Assembly: GCA_029858565.1 (NCBI GenBank)
Contig: JAOUEV010000040.1
Span: 1 to 33,730, forward strand
DNA from: Nitrospirota bacterium
GTDB taxonomy: Bacteria; Nitrospirota; UBA9217
Direction: 5' to 3'
Length of the DNA: 33,730 bases
The translations under genes were made by a program, and so were the position numbers. Positions 31,047 to 33,730 of this stretch are shown one piece after another. The notes under the pieces are model-generated. The model ran no database searches, was not told the DNA's origin, and was given only the letters and a program-made list of their open reading frames with translations. How positions within the stretch are numbered: the first letter of the stretch is position 1; every line of letters starts with the position of its first letter.

Positions 31047-31124
31047 TACGGAACAGCGGCTGAAGATGCGGCAGGTCATGGCCTGTGGCGATTCCGCTGA
31101 GCATCGAGAGCGGGGGGGCGTGCG

Positions 31125-31439
31125 ATGAGAAGTATGATCTTCTGTTTGCTGATCATTGTCCTGTGGATATCAGCGGCATGGGCTGTACTAGGAGGAGGGA
31201 ATATCGTGCTCAAGGTGAGCGGGGCGCAGAATGTCCTGTTCAGCCATGATGTTCACGCGGGAAGGTCCCGGGTTGGTTGCAAGGAGTGCCATTACGCTAT
31301 TTACACGACCCGCGTAAACCATCGGACAGCAACCATGGACGAGATGAAAAAGGGGAAGTCCTGCGGTGCCTGCCACAACGGGACACGGGCGTTCAATGTG
31401 ACCGATGCACAGCAGTGTTCCAGGTGTCACAACCAGTAA
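31125..31439 (+). CDS. Periplasmic triheme c7-type cytochrome
   Basis: Signal peptide, FSHDVH, three CxxCH (CKECH, CGACH, CSRCH), TMDEMKKGKSCGACH segment. Confidence 0.9.
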   Translation: MRSMIFCLLIIVLWISAAWAVLGGGNIVLKVSGAQNVLFSHDVHAGRSRVGCKECHYAIYTTRVNHRTATMDEMKKGKSCGACHNGTRAFNVTDAQQCSRCHNQ

Positions 31440-31480
31440 CTGCGACCCGGTCAAGACATCGCGCCGAATGGAGCAGAGTC

Positions 31481-31744
31481 GTGGAGAAAAGAAGGCGGAA
31501 AACCGACGAAAAGGCATCGGGCAGTTCCTTTTGCCGCTTCGGGTGTGTTGCCGTCCGGCGGGGGTTCGTGACCATCGATCAGTTGAAGCAGGCCCTTGCT
31601 GAGCAGGTGGACGGCAATATCCTTGACCGCGGACACCGCCTGGTGGGATCCATCCTTTTCGAAAAGGGCTGGATTTCGGAACAGGAGCGGGAGCGGGTGC
31701 TGCTGGACCTGCACCGGCCGCCGGAGATGGATGAAAACTCCTGA
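31481..31744 (+). CDS. Small stand-alone MshEN-like (GspE N-terminal) protein
   Basis: GTG 31481 after GGAG; RFGCVAVRRGFVTIDQLKQALAEQ and LVGSILFEKGWISEQERERVL resemble the tandem 24-aa MshEN motif. Confidence 0.7.
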   Translation: MEKRRRKTDEKASGSSFCRFGCVAVRRGFVTIDQLKQALAEQVDGNILDRGHRLVGSILFEKGWISEQERERVLLDLHRPPEMDENS

Positions 31745-31832
31745 CCGCGTTCCCTCGGAAGGAACGTTTACCAGAGAATAACTCCTCCTGCTCCATCCCC
31801 GGAAAATACCCCGCCCAAAGTACAACTTTAGA

Positions 31833-31861
31833 TTGACAGGCCCCGCAATTTATGGTGTAAT
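31833..31861 (+). promoter_or_regulatory. sigma70 promoter of the last ORF
   Basis: TTGACA-N17-TGTAAT with TG extension. Confidence 0.6.
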
Positions 31862-32020
31862 GCACCCCACCTGTAGTCGCATTATCTTCTTTATCCCGTA
31901 GAACCACAACTGAATAGTCAGGATTATAGTCAGGATGTTTCAATCCGGCCAGCCGAGCTATGCGCTCAGACGGCTGAAAATTAATGTGCTTGTGGAGCAA
32001 TTTTGGGGAGGCAGGAATCG

Positions 32021-33730
32021 ATGAAGCTTTTTATCAGGAATATCAGAATACTTTCATCTATTGTACTCTTTTTCTTTCTTTGGTCTTTTGGACCGCTATT
32101 CCAGATTCCGACGGCGATCGCTGCTGATAAGAAAGCGCCGGCGAAACAAACTGCTGGTATCGCATCGCAGGGGCCTGTCTCGTCCGGCGAAAGGTTCGAG
32201 AAAGCTCTGGAGTCGATCCGGGAGAATATCGAGCGGTCAGAGAAAAAGTTCGACAAAGGCGAAGACGACAAGGCGGAGCAAGAGCATATCCGGTCAAAGC
32301 GGGCGGAGATAGACTCGATCGATGCTGAACTGCGGAAGGAATTCAGCGAGACCGAGAAAAAGCTGAAAAGCGCGAAACTGCCGAAGGAGATCCTGGATCG
32401 CCATGCCAAGTTCGTGAAGCATTACGAGGATAATCTCAAAGAACTGAAGTCGAATATGGAAGCAGTAGAGCGGTCAGCAATAAGCGGTAAGCAGGAAAAG
32501 AAAAATGCGCTGGCAAAAGCGAAGCTGCATCTTGAGAAGACAAAAGCGCCTTCGCGGCATCAGAAACTGGACCCGAACAATCTGCCCTTCCGCAACCGGA
32601 AGGAAGTAAAGCCGATCGCGCCGAGGTTGAAGAAGGAGCAGTTCGAGAAGGATTTTCCGTCGAAGAAGAACCGGGGAACCAGAACGGCTTTTTCACCGCA
32701 GAGGTCGCAGAGAACTGCTGAAAACCGCACGCAGAACGGCTATCTCGCGCAGAGCCCGCTGAGTACGCAGAGGACGGCAAGTCTTTTGGACGCGGATCAA
32801 AGCGGATGGACGCGGATTCTGGATTCTTCGTTGCATCGATACATTTCACGTTTCACGTCTCCCGTTTCACGTGTGCAGCTCGCATACAACGGCCCCGCCA
32901 GCGACATGCCTTTTGAGCTCCCTCGCCCCTCCGTGGGAGAGGGCTTGGGTGAGGGGGTTGTTCCGCTTCCCAATTTTGTCTTCTCCGATGCAAATCCTGA
33001 ATCTTCTTTCTCCGCGTCCCCCAGTCTTCGTGTCGCCGCGTCCGGGTCGCTGATGCTCGCTCAAGCGACCGTCGATCTGCCGACAGCAGACGACCTTGCC
33101 GAGACGCCAGATGTTCAATTCACGCCCGAAATCCAGGCTAAGGCGCAGGAAATAGGCGGTAATCCGGTCAAGATCTACGAATGGGTGCGAAACAACATCG
33201 AATATGCTCCAACCTACGGCAGCATCCAGGGTGCGGACCAGTGTCTCCAGTCGAAGATTTGCAACGACATGGATACAGCCAGTCTGCTGATTGCCCTTCT
33301 CCGGACATCCGGCATTGCGGCGAAATATCAGTATGCGACGGTCGAAATCCCGATTGAACAGGCCATGAACTGGGTCGGCGGGGTGACCGATCCGAAGATG
33401 GTCGGGACGATCTTCGCGACGAACGGTGTTCCGGTAACGCTCATGAAGAACAGCAGCAGCGTTTATAAGGCCGTACAACTGGAACATATATTTGTGCAAG
33501 CATTTATCGACTATATCCCGAGCCGCGGTGCGGTGCATCGGCAGGGTGATACCTGGATCTCGCTCGATCCGTCGTTTAAGCAGTACAACTACACCCAGGG
33601 GATCGATATCAAATCAGCCGTGCCGTTCGATGCACAGACCTTTGCCGATCAACTTGTAGCAACAGCAACGACAAACACGGTCGAAGGGTATGTCACGAAC
33701 GTCAATTCCGCGCTGGTTCAGCAGACCATG
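32021..33730 (+). CDS. Large secreted transglutaminase-like domain protein (partial, runs off right edge)
   Basis: Not in ORF track because it has no stop. Open for 570 codons by manual translation: signal peptide MKLFIRNIRILSSIVLFFFLWSFG, charged helical region, then IYEWVRNNIEY...CNDMDTASLLIALLRTSGIAAKY...EHIFV...WISLDPSFK. Confidence 0.88.
   Translation, partial: MKLFIRNIRILSSIVLFFFLWSFGPLFQIPTAIAADKKAPAKQTAGIASQGPVSSGERFEKALESIRENIERSEKKFDKGEDDKAEQEHIRSKRAEIDSIDAELRKEFSETEKKLKSAKLPKEILDRHAKFVKHYEDNLKELKSNMEAVERSAISGKQEKKNALAKAKLHLEKTKAPSRHQKLDPNNLPFRNRKEVKPIAPRLKKEQFEKDFPSKKNRGTRTAFSPQRSQRTAENRTQNGYLAQSPLSTQRTASLLDADQSGWTRILDSSLHRYISRFTSPVSRVQLAYNGPASDMPFELPRPSVGEGLGEGVVPLPNFVFSDANPESSFSASPSLRVAASGSLMLAQATVDLPTADDLAETPDVQFTPEIQAKAQEIGGNPVKIYEWVRNNIEYAPTYGSIQGADQCLQSKICNDMDTASLLIALLRTSGIAAKYQYATVEIPIEQAMNWVGGVTDPKMVGTIFATNGVPVTLMKNSSSVYKAVQLEHIFVQAFIDYIPSRGAVHRQGDTWISLDPSFKQYNYTQGIDIKSAVPFDAQTFADQLVATATTNTVEGYVTNVNSALVQQTM
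32693..33042. repeat. Mosaic of several short-repeat families inside the coding sequence
   Basis: CGCAGAG units (32693-32712, 32745-32772), GACGCGGAT decamers (32789-32818), TTTCACG heptamers (32844-32871), REP-like hairpin (32920-32957), TC.CCGCG octamers (33009-33042). Confidence 0.8.

Noticed and set aside
31277-31480. N-terminal part of ORF 31277..31744
   Set aside because: Overlaps the cytochrome gene out of frame; a GTG start with RBS at 31481 fits better.
31188-33538. Minus-strand ORFs 31188..32000, 31981..32409, 32436..32849, 32867..33538
   Set aside because: Antisense to the cytochrome, MshEN-like and long transglutaminase-like ORFs, which have motifs, signal peptides or RBS support.

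Overview
GC-rich bacterial chromosomal segment; gene order and protein types suggest a Nitrospirota/Desulfobacterota-like organism (inference only). In order: a partial fdhD; a putative outer-membrane beta-barrel gene divergent from nikR and a NikMNQO-type ECF nickel transporter plus fmdE; an OmpA/MotB lipoprotein-ribE-ribBA-ribH-nusB-M17N-purB-purF run; tRNA-Phe; beta and gamma subunits of a 2-oxoacid oxidoreductase with no alpha; a HEAT-repeat/HD-GYP pair; SPFH; rhomboid; a Zn-ribbon-REC protein with a RomX-like C-terminus; tRNA-Pro, rpoS, tRNA-Arg, tRNA-Val; thrS-infC(AUU start)-rpmI-rplT; an amidase; frameshifted prfB; and a GGDEF-EAL / triheme c7 / stand-alone MshEN-like / large secreted transglutaminase-like cluster running off the right edge. 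The most unusual layer is a set of 7-10-mer tandem-repeat families. They occur as inverted array pairs in intergenic gaps and as an in-frame mosaic inside the last ORF. Other leads are a second NikR-spaced operator over the beta-barrel promoter and the REC-RomX-like fusion. No integrase, transposase or CRISPR array was seen. All calls are from reading the sequence by eye; no searches were run.
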